Source: Candidatus Eiseniibacteriota bacterium
GTDB taxonomy: Bacteria > Eisenbacteria > RBG-16-71-46
DNA length: 64,000 bases
Direction: 5' to 3'
NCBI GenBank assembly: GCA_041483195.1
Contig: JBGPFC010000023.1
Location: 1 to 64,000 of the forward strand
How positions within the stretch are numbered: the first letter of the stretch is position 1; each line of letters starts with the position of its first letter. The translations under genes were made by a program, and so were the position numbers. Below are positions 26,956-35,582 of this stretch, piece by piece. The notes beneath the pieces are model-generated. The model was not told the origin of the DNA, searched no databases, and saw only the letters and a list, made by a program, of their open reading frames with translations.

Positions 26956-29472
26956 ATGACCGTCATCACACTGCTCGAGTCCCTGGTCCTCGCGGCGATC
27001 GTGATCGCCGCCGTCCGCGGCGCGCGCCCGGCCGCGCCACCCTATGGGCGCCGCCTGCTGTGGCTCGGGTTCCTGCTCGCGCTCCAGCTCGGCGCGCTAT
27101 ACGGGTTCGTGGCGATTCAACTCCGCACGGGCTGGGGCATCTCGCATGCTTCGCCGGCGGGGCTCGCGATCCTGACCCAGATCGTCCGCCTCGCGCTGCT
27201 CCTCGTCGCCGCGCGCGCATGGCTCGGCCTGGTGCGCGACGAGCTGGCGAAGGCGTGGCAGCGCATCGCGCTCGCCGCGGCATTCGTCGGGCTCGGCTGG
27301 GGACCGAGCGGCGCGCCGACGATTGCGGCGATCCTGCTCTTCATCCTGTTCCAGCGCATGAAATGGTACGAGGCCCTCTCGGGCTGGCGCCGGGTCGTGG
27401 GGCTGGTGTTGTCGGCGTCCGTGTTGATCGCCCTCACGTGGGCGCCGTACACGACGATCGCGGACGGAAAGAGCCACACGCTGTTCGCGATCGGCACGCG
27501 CCCGTGGCCCCCCGCGCTGCTGATGGGCGACGTCGCCGCGCGCGCGGAGCTCGTGCTCGCCCGTCCATTCGATCGCATGATCCAGGCGATCATCGACGTG
27601 TTTCGCCTCCAGCTGCTGGTGCTGGTCGGCAAGTTCCTGTTCCTGCCGATCCGGCTCGCGGGCATGAGCCTCAAGCGACGCTTCTGGTTCAACTACGTTC
27701 TGGTGCGCTCGATTCCCTCTCTGCTCTCCACGCTGGTCTTCGTTGGGCTCTTCTACCTCGGCATCGGCTACACCCGGGGAGTCCGCGTGCGCGGCGCATT
27801 CGAGCAGACGCTGGCCCGCGCGGTCACGGCCGCGAAGGCGCTCGGGGACGAATGGCCGCCCGCCCGCGGCGCCGATCATTCCCGGCTCGATCGCGTGCGC
27901 GCATGGCTGTCCCCCGACGGCGACGGCGCCCACGCCATCCTGCGAGCACCCGGCTTGCCGGTCGTGGCCACCTTCGGCGCGCCGGATTCGATCCTGAGTC
28001 CGGCGCTCTCCCTCGCCGACACCTCGATCACGCGCGGGCTCTACGTGCGCGGCGGCCGAATCTATCTCACCGCCATCTCGAGGTCCGCCCGCGGCGCCAT
28101 CGAGGTGTGGGTCCCGCTCGATTCCGCATACCTCGCGCGGATCATGCTGGACGTGGGCGGCAGCGCGCGCCTGAGCGCGTGGCCCCATTCGTTCGTCAGC
28201 AGTCAGGGCCTGCGTGTCGCGCGCAGTCGATCGTGGATCGCGCGCCCGGCCAACGTGCGTTACATCGAGCCGGATTCCATCGCCGGGCGAGGCCAGCGCT
28301 GGTATCTCAATCGCCTCCTCCTTCCGGCTGGAGACTGGCTCGAGCCCCCCGGCCTCGTGTGGCGCGGCGCGATCGAGCAGGTCATCGAGACCACGCCGCG
28401 CAGCCTGTTCACGAGCACGGTGCGCGCGCTCGGGGGGCTCTACTCGAGCCTGTTCCTGCTCCTGATCCTCGCCGGCGTGGGAATGGTGGTCGGGATGGTC
28501 GAGGGCTTCGCGGTGCGTTCGGGAAAGAGCATCCTGCGGGCCGTGCTGGACGAAGTCGGAGCGCTGCGCAAGGCGGCCGAGGAGTTCGGCGCCGGGCGCC
28601 TCGACTATCGCCTATCGGTGAAGGGCAGGGACGAGATCGGCATCGTTGCGGCCTCGTTCAACGAGATGGCCGCGAGCCTTCAGCGACAGCGCGAAGAGTT
28701 GATCGCCGCAGAGCGACTCGAGGAGGACGTCGCGGTCGCTCGCGAGATCCAGCGGCGGTTCCTCCCGCGCGAGGCGCCGCGGGTCTCGGGGCTCGATCTG
28801 GCCGGCGTCTCGATCCCGAGCCGGCAGGTGGGGGGCGATCTCTTCTACTGGTTCACCCATGACGACGGCTCGCTCGGGATCGCGCTCGGCGACGTGTCGG
28901 GCAAGAGCATTTCCGCAGCGCTGCTGATGTCGAACGTGCTCGCCACCCTGCGCGCGCAGGTGACCGAACGCGTCGACCTCGCGGCGAGCCTCGAGAGGAC
29001 GAACCGGCTGATCATCGGTCAGATCGAACCCGGGCGATTCGTCACGCTGTTCTACGGCGAGGCCGACCCGCTCCACGGCACGCTGCGATACGTCTCGGCG
29101 GGCCACAACCCGCCGCTCCTGCTTCGCGCGAACGGGGAGACGGCCTGGCTCCGCGAAGGTGGGCTACCGCTCGGCGTGCAGGAGGACGCGAGCTATCGGG
29201 CCGCGACCATCGAGTTCGCGCATGGCGACAGCCTGATCGTCTACTCGGACGGGGTGACCGAGTCCAGCGGACCGGAGCGGGCGGGGGCCGCGCCCGCCGG
29301 CGAGGCCGCGCTCGAGTTCTTCGGCGAGGAGCGGCTGGCGTCGATCGCGAACGATCTCCGCGGCCGGCCGGCGCGCGCGGTGCTCGACGGCCTGCTCGAG
29401 GCGGTGCGACGGCATGCGGACGGCGTCGAGCAGGCCGACGACATCACGATCGTCGTGGTGCGGCGGGCGTAG
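26956..29472 (+). CDS. Multi-TM HAMP-SpoIIE (PP2C-type) phosphatase
   Basis: Many N-terminal TM helices; HAMP 'RDEIG...FNEM'; 'VGGDLF', 'GDVSGK', 'AGHNPP', 'YSDGVTE', 'DDIT'. Confidence 0.88.
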   Translation: MTVITLLESLVLAAIVIAAVRGARPAAPPYGRRLLWLGFLLALQLGALYGFVAIQLRTGWGISHASPAGLAILTQIVRLALLLVAARAWLGLVRDELAKAWQRIALAAAFVGLGWGPSGAPTIAAILLFILFQRMKWYEALSGWRRVVGLVLSASVLIALTWAPYTTIADGKSHTLFAIGTRPWPPALLMGDVAARAELVLARPFDRMIQAIIDVFRLQLLVLVGKFLFLPIRLAGMSLKRRFWFNYVLVRSIPSLLSTLVFVGLFYLGIGYTRGVRVRGAFEQTLARAVTAAKALGDEWPPARGADHSRLDRVRAWLSPDGDGAHAILRAPGLPVVATFGAPDSILSPALSLADTSITRGLYVRGGRIYLTAISRSARGAIEVWVPLDSAYLARIMLDVGGSARLSAWPHSFVSSQGLRVARSRSWIARPANVRYIEPDSIAGRGQRWYLNRLLLPAGDWLEPPGLVWRGAIEQVIETTPRSLFTSTVRALGGLYSSLFLLLILAGVGMVVGMVEGFAVRSGKSILRAVLDEVGALRKAAEEFGAGRLDYRLSVKGRDEIGIVAASFNEMAASLQRQREELIAAERLEEDVAVAREIQRRFLPREAPRVSGLDLAGVSIPSRQVGGDLFYWFTHDDGSLGIALGDVSGKSISAALLMSNVLATLRAQVTERVDLAASLERTNRLIIGQIEPGRFVTLFYGEADPLHGTLRYVSAGHNPPLLLRANGETAWLREGGLPLGVQEDASYRAATIEFAHGDSLIVYSDGVTESSGPERAGAAPAGEAALEFFGEERLASIANDLRGRPARAVLDGLLEAVRRHADGVEQADDITIVVVRRA

Positions 29473-29554
29473 GAACGCTCGCGCTCCGATTCACGACCGG
29501 CCGGGGCGCGCGGCCGCCCGATGTCGAAGCCGGCGCCTCGTGCCGGTTCGCGCG

Positions 29555-32500
29555 TCAGTGTTGCCCGCTCACCCCCGCCTTGTTCGGGAAGGGGGGCGGC
29601 GCCGGGTGCGTGACCGGCTCGGTCGCGAGCCGCGTCTTCAGATACTCGATCGCGCGGTCGAGCTGTGGATCGCGCCCGGCCGCGAGCGCCGCGGGGTCGT
29701 CATCGACCACGATGTCGGGCTGGACGCCCGATCCTTCGATCACCCACTTGCCATCGGCCACCCACTCGCCGTAGTTCGGAATGTAGACCGCGCCACCATC
29801 CATCAGCGGGTAGCCGTCCCCGCTTCCGACCTCTCCGCCCCAGGTCGGCACGCCGATCACGGGCCCGAGCTTCAGGCGCTGGAACGCGTCGCTGAACTCC
29901 TCGGCGTCCGAACCGCTGAACTGATTGCAGAGCGCGGCCGCGTGCCCGCCGAACGCCCAATCCTGCCGGGTCCACGATGCGCCATAGCGGGGCTTGAACC
30001 AGGAGTACGGCTTGCACGCGATCTGAAGCAGCAGCATCGCATCGATGTACCCGCCGCCGTTGTAGCGGACGTCGAAGATCATCGCGTCCTTCGCGACGTT
30101 CGGATAGTAGTGCTTGGCGAATTCCTGGAGCCCCGACGGGCCCATGCTGGGGATGTGCACGTAACCGAAGTTCTCGCCGCCGTGGGCGCGCACGTATTCG
30201 GTCCGGCTCTCCACCCAGTCGTAGTAGCGCGCCTGCCGCTCGCTCGCGAGCGGCTTCACGCTCACCACGCGCGCGCCTTCCGGGGAGGGACGCGCGTTGA
30301 CCGTGAGTCCGATGGACCGCTCCGCGGTCCCGGCCATCAGCGCCTGGAAGTCTTCGTCGGCGCGCACCGGGCGGCCCGAGACGGCGAGGATGTAGTCCCC
30401 CACCTTCACGTCCACGCCGGGCGTGAGGAGCGGCGAGCGCGCGTCGAAGTCGAACTCGTCGCCGGCATAGATCTTCGTCACCCGGTACGCGGGGGTCGCG
30501 CCCGCGAGCGGCGCGAGGTCGGCGCCGAGGAATCCCATCGGTACCCGCGGCGCCTCGGACAGGTCGCCGCCCCCGATGTAGGCGTGGCCGCAGCGAAGCT
30601 CCGCCACCATCTCGCCGAGCACGAAGTTGAGATCGCTGCGATCGGCGACCGCGGGCAGCATGCGCTCGAACTTGCGGCTCACCGCCGGCCAGTCCACGCC
30701 GTGCATGTCGGGGTCGTAGAAGAAGTCGCGGCCGATGCGCCAGGTCTCGTGGAACACCTGCTTCCACTCGGCGTCCGGGTTCACCGTGAGGGTCCAGGCC
30801 GAGGTCTCGACCTTGCCCTTGCCCTCCGGCGTCTGGTCGGCGGTCGCATCCATCAGCGTGAAGTCCTTCTCGACCTGGATCAAGAGCTTCTTGCGATCCG
30901 CCGAGAGATCGAAGTCGGTGAGCTTCTTCACAACGACGTTCGCTTCCTTCTTCTTGAAGTCGTAGGCACGAAGCTGGAGGACCGGATCGAAGCGCTGGTG
31001 ATCGCCGGTCTGCTCGACCGTCTCGAGCAGCAGCCGCCCTTCGACGGGCTCGACCCGCACGTAGCGATCGGCCGGCACCGGCACCTCGACGATCCGCTCG
31101 CGGATGCCGGCGAGATCGACGCGCGTGGGCGCGGGCGCTGCGCCGGCCTTCGCAGAGTCGGGTTTGTCCGCCTTGGACTTCGATTCCGGGGGCTTCTCCC
31201 CCGCCTTGCCATCCTTCGCGGGCGTGGCCGCGGCGCCTTCCTCGTCGCTCTCGACCATGAACGGCGACTTGCCGGCGGCCGCGAGCGTGACCATCGAGAC
31301 GCGCGTCAGCTTGTCGAACGTGAAGAACCGGTTCGCGTTCACGTAACGCGGATCGAACGCGCGATCGGAGAGGAAGTAGAGATACTTGCCATCGGCGTCG
31401 AACGCCGGCGCCGCGCTCGTCATCTCGGTGGAGGTGATGCGGGTCCGCGTCTTGCCCGCCACGTCGTAGAGCCACACCACCCAGTTCCAGTTGGGCTCGG
31501 GCCGCGCGTAGGCGAGCCAGCGGCCGTCGGGGCTGAAGCGGTACGAGAAGTTGATGACGTCGTACGATCCGCCCCGATCGGCCTGATCCACCGCGGTGAT
31601 CGCGCCGCTCGCGGCGTCCACCAGCAGGATTCGCATCTCGCGGTCGCTGGTCGCGAGCAGCTTGCCGTCGGGCGACCACTCGATCGCGCCGAGCGGGCCC
31701 TGATGATCCTTCGTCAGCTGGCGGGCGGGTCCGTTGCCGCTCGCCGGCGCGATCCAGATCTGCTCCTCGCCAGAGCGGTCCGAGACGTACGCCATCCGCT
31801 TGCCATCCGGCGACCATGCGGGGTACTGCGCGCGTGCGCCGTCTTCGGCCACCGCCACCCGCACGTCGCCGTTCTCGACCGGCGCGCTCAGGATCTGTCC
31901 GCGGGCCGACACCAGCAGCCGCTTGCCGGCCGGGCCCAGGGCGACCGAGGCCAGGTTCTTGAGCGCCGGCACCCTGCGCACGCGCTCGTGAATGCGATCG
32001 GAGTGCAGCTCGAGTCGCAACTCCTCGGCGCGGCCCGACGCCGGATCGTAGAGCGCCAGCCCGTCGCCGTGCTCGAACACCACGCGCTTCCCGTCGGTGC
32101 CCGGATAGCGCACGTCGTAGTCGCGATAGCGGGTGGCCTGGCTCGCGATCCCGGCCTTCGGATCGAGGCTCCACAGATTGGCCTGGCCATCGCGCTCTGA
32201 CACGAACACGATCGCATCTCCCACCCACACCGGCTCGGTGTCGACGCCCGGATCGTCCGTCAGCCGCTTGAACGTGTGCGCGGTGGTGTCGGCGAGCCAG
32301 ATGTCGTCGGCCTCGCCGCCGCGGTAGCGCTTCCAGTGCTGCCACTCGGCGCTGACCGGAACGAACGCGATGCGTCGCCCGTCGCCGCTCGTCGAGGCGA
32401 ACTCGACGGTGGGAAGCGGGAGCAGGCGCGCGCTCCCGCCCGAGGCGGGCACGGCCCACAGGCGGTTGCGCCGGACCGGCGAATCGCGTCGCGATCGGAA

Positions 32501-32875
32501 CAGCACGTTCCTGCCGTCCGGGCTCCACCCGAGCACCACCACGCCGAGCGGATCGTAGGTGAGCCGGCGCGGCATGCCGCCGCTCGTGTCCATGACGTAC
32601 ACGTCGGTGCCGCCGTCGTACTGCGCCGTGAACGCGATCGTGTTCCCGTCCGGCGAAAACCGTGCCGGGCCCTCGATGCCCTCGTGCGACGTGATCCGCG
32701 TCGCGGTGTGCCCATCGATCGAGCCGAGCCACAGGTCGCCCTCGCTCGTGAACACGACGCGGTCCCCGTGCAGGTCGGGTCGGCGCAGGAACTGCGGGGA
32801 GGTCTCGGCGAACGCGGCGCTCGCGACGGCGAGCGAGAGCGAGAGGGCGAGCAGGCGGATCGATGCGAATGGCAT
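29555..32875 (-). CDS. Tricorn-like S41 protease
   Basis: Signal peptide, PD40 propeller repeats, PDZ, 'GYVHIP', 'DVRYNGGG', catalytic 'GSD', 'TWGG', 'EGSGVQPD', 'DPQLDRAI'. Confidence 0.92.
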   Translation of the reverse strand: MPFASIRLLALSLSLAVASAAFAETSPQFLRRPDLHGDRVVFTSEGDLWLGSIDGHTATRITSHEGIEGPARFSPDGNTIAFTAQYDGGTDVYVMDTSGGMPRRLTYDPLGVVVLGWSPDGRNVLFRSRRDSPVRRNRLWAVPASGGSARLLPLPTVEFASTSGDGRRIAFVPVSAEWQHWKRYRGGEADDIWLADTTAHTFKRLTDDPGVDTEPVWVGDAIVFVSERDGQANLWSLDPKAGIASQATRYRDYDVRYPGTDGKRVVFEHGDGLALYDPASGRAEELRLELHSDRIHERVRRVPALKNLASVALGPAGKRLLVSARGQILSAPVENGDVRVAVAEDGARAQYPAWSPDGKRMAYVSDRSGEEQIWIAPASGNGPARQLTKDHQGPLGAIEWSPDGKLLATSDREMRILLVDAASGAITAVDQADRGGSYDVINFSYRFSPDGRWLAYARPEPNWNWVVWLYDVAGKTRTRITSTEMTSAAPAFDADGKYLYFLSDRAFDPRYVNANRFFTFDKLTRVSMVTLAAAGKSPFMVESDEEGAAATPAKDGKAGEKPPESKSKADKPDSAKAGAAPAPTRVDLAGIRERIVEVPVPADRYVRVEPVEGRLLLETVEQTGDHQRFDPVLQLRAYDFKKKEANVVVKKLTDFDLSADRKKLLIQVEKDFTLMDATADQTPEGKGKVETSAWTLTVNPDAEWKQVFHETWRIGRDFFYDPDMHGVDWPAVSRKFERMLPAVADRSDLNFVLGEMVAELRCGHAYIGGGDLSEAPRVPMGFLGADLAPLAGATPAYRVTKIYAGDEFDFDARSPLLTPGVDVKVGDYILAVSGRPVRADEDFQALMAGTAERSIGLTVNARPSPEGARVVSVKPLASERQARYYDWVESRTEYVRAHGGENFGYVHIPSMGPSGLQEFAKHYYPNVAKDAMIFDVRYNGGGYIDAMLLLQIACKPYSWFKPRYGASWTRQDWAFGGHAAALCNQFSGSDAEEFSDAFQRLKLGPVIGVPTWGGEVGSGDGYPLMDGGAVYIPNYGEWVADGKWVIEGSGVQPDIVVDDDPAALAAGRDPQLDRAIEYLKTRLATEPVTHPAPPPFPNKAGVSGQH

Positions 32876-32925
32876 ACGCGGCTCCGGGGTCCGGGAATCG
32901 GAAACGAGCGCTCGAACGCGCCGAG

Positions 32926-35058
32926 CTACTTCAGGTGCTCCCAGAGGAACGTGTAGGCGAGCGCCCGCATGAACGCGAACTGCTTGTTGTCAGCAGAGCC
33001 GGCGTGCCCGCCCTCCACGTTCTCGTAGTAGAGGACGTCATGCCCCTGCGCCTCCATCTTCGCGACCAGCTTGCGGGCATGGCCCGGATGCACGCGATCG
33101 TCCCGCGTCGAGCTGGTGACCAGCGTCGGCGGATACGCCGCGGTCCGCTTCAGGTTCTGATAGGGAGAGAAGGTGCGGATGAACGCCCACTCGTCCGGCT
33201 GGTCGGGGTCGCCGTACTCGCCCATCCACGACGCGCCGGCGAGCAGCTTGCTGTAGCGCCGCATGTCGAGCAGCGGCGACTCGCACACGATCGCGCCAAA
33301 CAGGTCGGGGCGCATGGTCAGCATGTTGCCGACCAGCAGCCCGCCGTTGGAGCCGCCCATGCAACCCAGGTGCTGCGGGCTCGTGACCTTGCGCCGGACC
33401 AGATCCTCGGCGACGGCGATGAAATCCTCATACGCGCGAGGCCGATTGGCCTTGAGCGCCGCCTGGTGCCACTTGGGGCCGAACTCGCCGCCGCCGCGAA
33501 TATTCGCCAGCGCGAACACCCCGCCCCGCTCCAGCCAGCCGCTTCCCACCGAGCCGCTGTAGTAGGGCACCTCGGAGACTTCGAATCCGCCGTAGCCGGT
33601 GAGCACCGCGGGGGCGCTTCCATCGCTCTTCAAGTCACGGGGCGCGACCTGGAAATACGGGACGCGCGTGCCGTCCTTCGAGATCGCCTCGTGCTGGCTT
33701 ACCTCGTAGCCCCCGGCTTCGAAGAAGCTGGGCGTCTGCTTGAGCTTCTCCGCGGCGCCGCCGCCCGCCGTTCCGAGATGCAGGCTGGTCGGCGTGAGGA
33801 AGTCGGTGATCGTCAGGAAATAGTCGTCGGACGTGAGATCGTCCACCGCAGATGCGTCGATCGAGCCGAACTCGGGCAGCCCCGAGATCGGCGTCCGCGA
33901 CCACCCGCTCCCGTCGTTGCGCAGCACGTAGAGCCGGTTCTTCACGTTGTCCAGCTCGTTCACGATGATGGTGTGGAGCGTGGTCGAGTAGCCCGCCAGC
34001 GACTTGCGCTCGGTCGGCACGAACAGCGCCTCGATCTCGCGCTTGCCCGCGAGGAAGTCGTCGAAGCGGGTCGCGAGCAGCGCGCCGGCCGGCCAGGTCT
34101 TGCCCGCCAACGTCCAGTCGGTCCGCAATTGAATCAGGAGCCACTCGCGGTGCACGTTGGCGTCGGCATCGTCCGGCTTCTCGATCTTGATCGTCTTGCC
34201 GTCGCGCAGCAGGAACATCTCGTTCGTGAAGAACGTGATGCCGCGAACCGCGAAGTCGCGCTCGAAGCCCGGCGTGAGATCGCGATAGACGAACACCGAG
34301 ACGTCTTCGGGCTTGCCCTCGTACACGAGGCTCGCGGCGGTGAGCGGCGTGCCGCGCGTCCACGACTTGATCTCGCGCGGATAGCCCGAGGTGGTCAGCG
34401 AGCCGGGTCCGAAATCGGTGCCGACGTAGACCACGTCCTTGTCGCGCCACCCCGTGCTGCTCTTGGCCTCGGGAAGGACGAAGCCATCCGTGACGAACGA
34501 CCGGGTCGTCAGATCGAACTCCCGCACGACCCGGGCGTCGGCCCCGCCGCGCGAGAGCGAGACCAGGCAGCGCGCGTAGTCGGGCGGCAGCGGATTCGCG
34601 CCCTCCCACACCCAGCTCTCCTTTTCGATCCTCCCCAGCGAATCGACGTCCAGCACCGTCTCCCACGCCGGCTGACTCTTGCGGTACTCGGCGAGCGTGG
34701 TGCGGCGCCACAGACCGCGCGGGTGGTCACGATCGCGCCAGAAGTTGTAGTAGTACTCGCCGATCTTCCCGACGTACGGAATCTTCTCCTTCGAATCGAG
34801 GATGGAGAGGAAGCGGGCATCCATCGCCTTGAACGCATCGGTCTCGGTGAGCGCATGCTTGCTGCGGGCGTCCTGCTGCGCGACCCAGTCCAGCGCCTTC
34901 TTGCCCGTGACGGCTTCCAGCCACATGTAGGGATCCTCTGGCGCTGTGATTCGTGCGTGCGGCGCCGGCGGCGGCGGGGCGGCCATCGCGAGCGTCGCGA
35001 CCACGGCGGTCGCGGAGAGCGTGAGCAGCGTGAAGCGGATCGCGGGTCGGATTTTCAC
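32926..35058 (-). CDS. Secreted prolyl oligopeptidase (S9A)
   Basis: GTG start after GGAGG; 'DPYMWLE', 'GYGGF', 'NIRGGGE', GGSNGG, 'DDRV', 'GGH'. Confidence 0.92.
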   Translation of the reverse strand: MKIRPAIRFTLLTLSATAVVATLAMAAPPPPAPHARITAPEDPYMWLEAVTGKKALDWVAQQDARSKHALTETDAFKAMDARFLSILDSKEKIPYVGKIGEYYYNFWRDRDHPRGLWRRTTLAEYRKSQPAWETVLDVDSLGRIEKESWVWEGANPLPPDYARCLVSLSRGGADARVVREFDLTTRSFVTDGFVLPEAKSSTGWRDKDVVYVGTDFGPGSLTTSGYPREIKSWTRGTPLTAASLVYEGKPEDVSVFVYRDLTPGFERDFAVRGITFFTNEMFLLRDGKTIKIEKPDDADANVHREWLLIQLRTDWTLAGKTWPAGALLATRFDDFLAGKREIEALFVPTERKSLAGYSTTLHTIIVNELDNVKNRLYVLRNDGSGWSRTPISGLPEFGSIDASAVDDLTSDDYFLTITDFLTPTSLHLGTAGGGAAEKLKQTPSFFEAGGYEVSQHEAISKDGTRVPYFQVAPRDLKSDGSAPAVLTGYGGFEVSEVPYYSGSVGSGWLERGGVFALANIRGGGEFGPKWHQAALKANRPRAYEDFIAVAEDLVRRKVTSPQHLGCMGGSNGGLLVGNMLTMRPDLFGAIVCESPLLDMRRYSKLLAGASWMGEYGDPDQPDEWAFIRTFSPYQNLKRTAAYPPTLVTSSTRDDRVHPGHARKLVAKMEAQGHDVLYYENVEGGHAGSADNKQFAFMRALAYTFLWEHLK

Positions 35059-35350
35059 GGGGGCGCCTCCAGATTCCTCGAGGAGATGGACGACCAACTC
35101 GGATCGATGGCAAGTCAGCGAGCGCGGGCCGTGCCGCGCGCGCCCACCCTAAATGATTCGCGCCTCGTCGTCACCCGCACGGTCCGGCCGGGATCCGGCC
35201 CACGGGACGCTCGGCGGCCGCGGGCGGGCTCCGGTCACTTCTTGAACGCCGGCCGGGCGCGCGGCCGGTTTCTGACCTCATCGCATGCCGCCGGCGGGGA
35301 TCGCGCGCGCACGGGGCGCGATTTAGCGGCTCGGGGGCCCTCTCCCCGAC

Positions 35351-35367
35351 CCGGCTTGCAATTTGCA
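35351..35367 (+). promoter_or_regulatory. Candidate sigma54 (-24/-12) promoter
   Basis: CCGGCTTGCAATTTGCA has GG-N10-GC spacing with TTGCA at -12, about 215 nt upstream of the coiled-coil gene. Confidence 0.45.
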
Positions 35368-35582
35368 GGTAGCGGGCGCGCGTCTCCGGGCAGGCCGTCC
35401 CGGGGCCGACGTCGAAGGCAGCCGAACGACTCCCGAGAGAGGTTCGCCCCTCGCAGGACTCGCTCGGCCGCCGGGCCGTGCCCAGTCATTCGCCCTCATA
35501 TGCCGAGGAGCGGTCACCACCACATCACAGCCGAACCGGCGGTCCCCATCGGGCCGGACGGGCTGCGCGCCGGAAGGAGTTC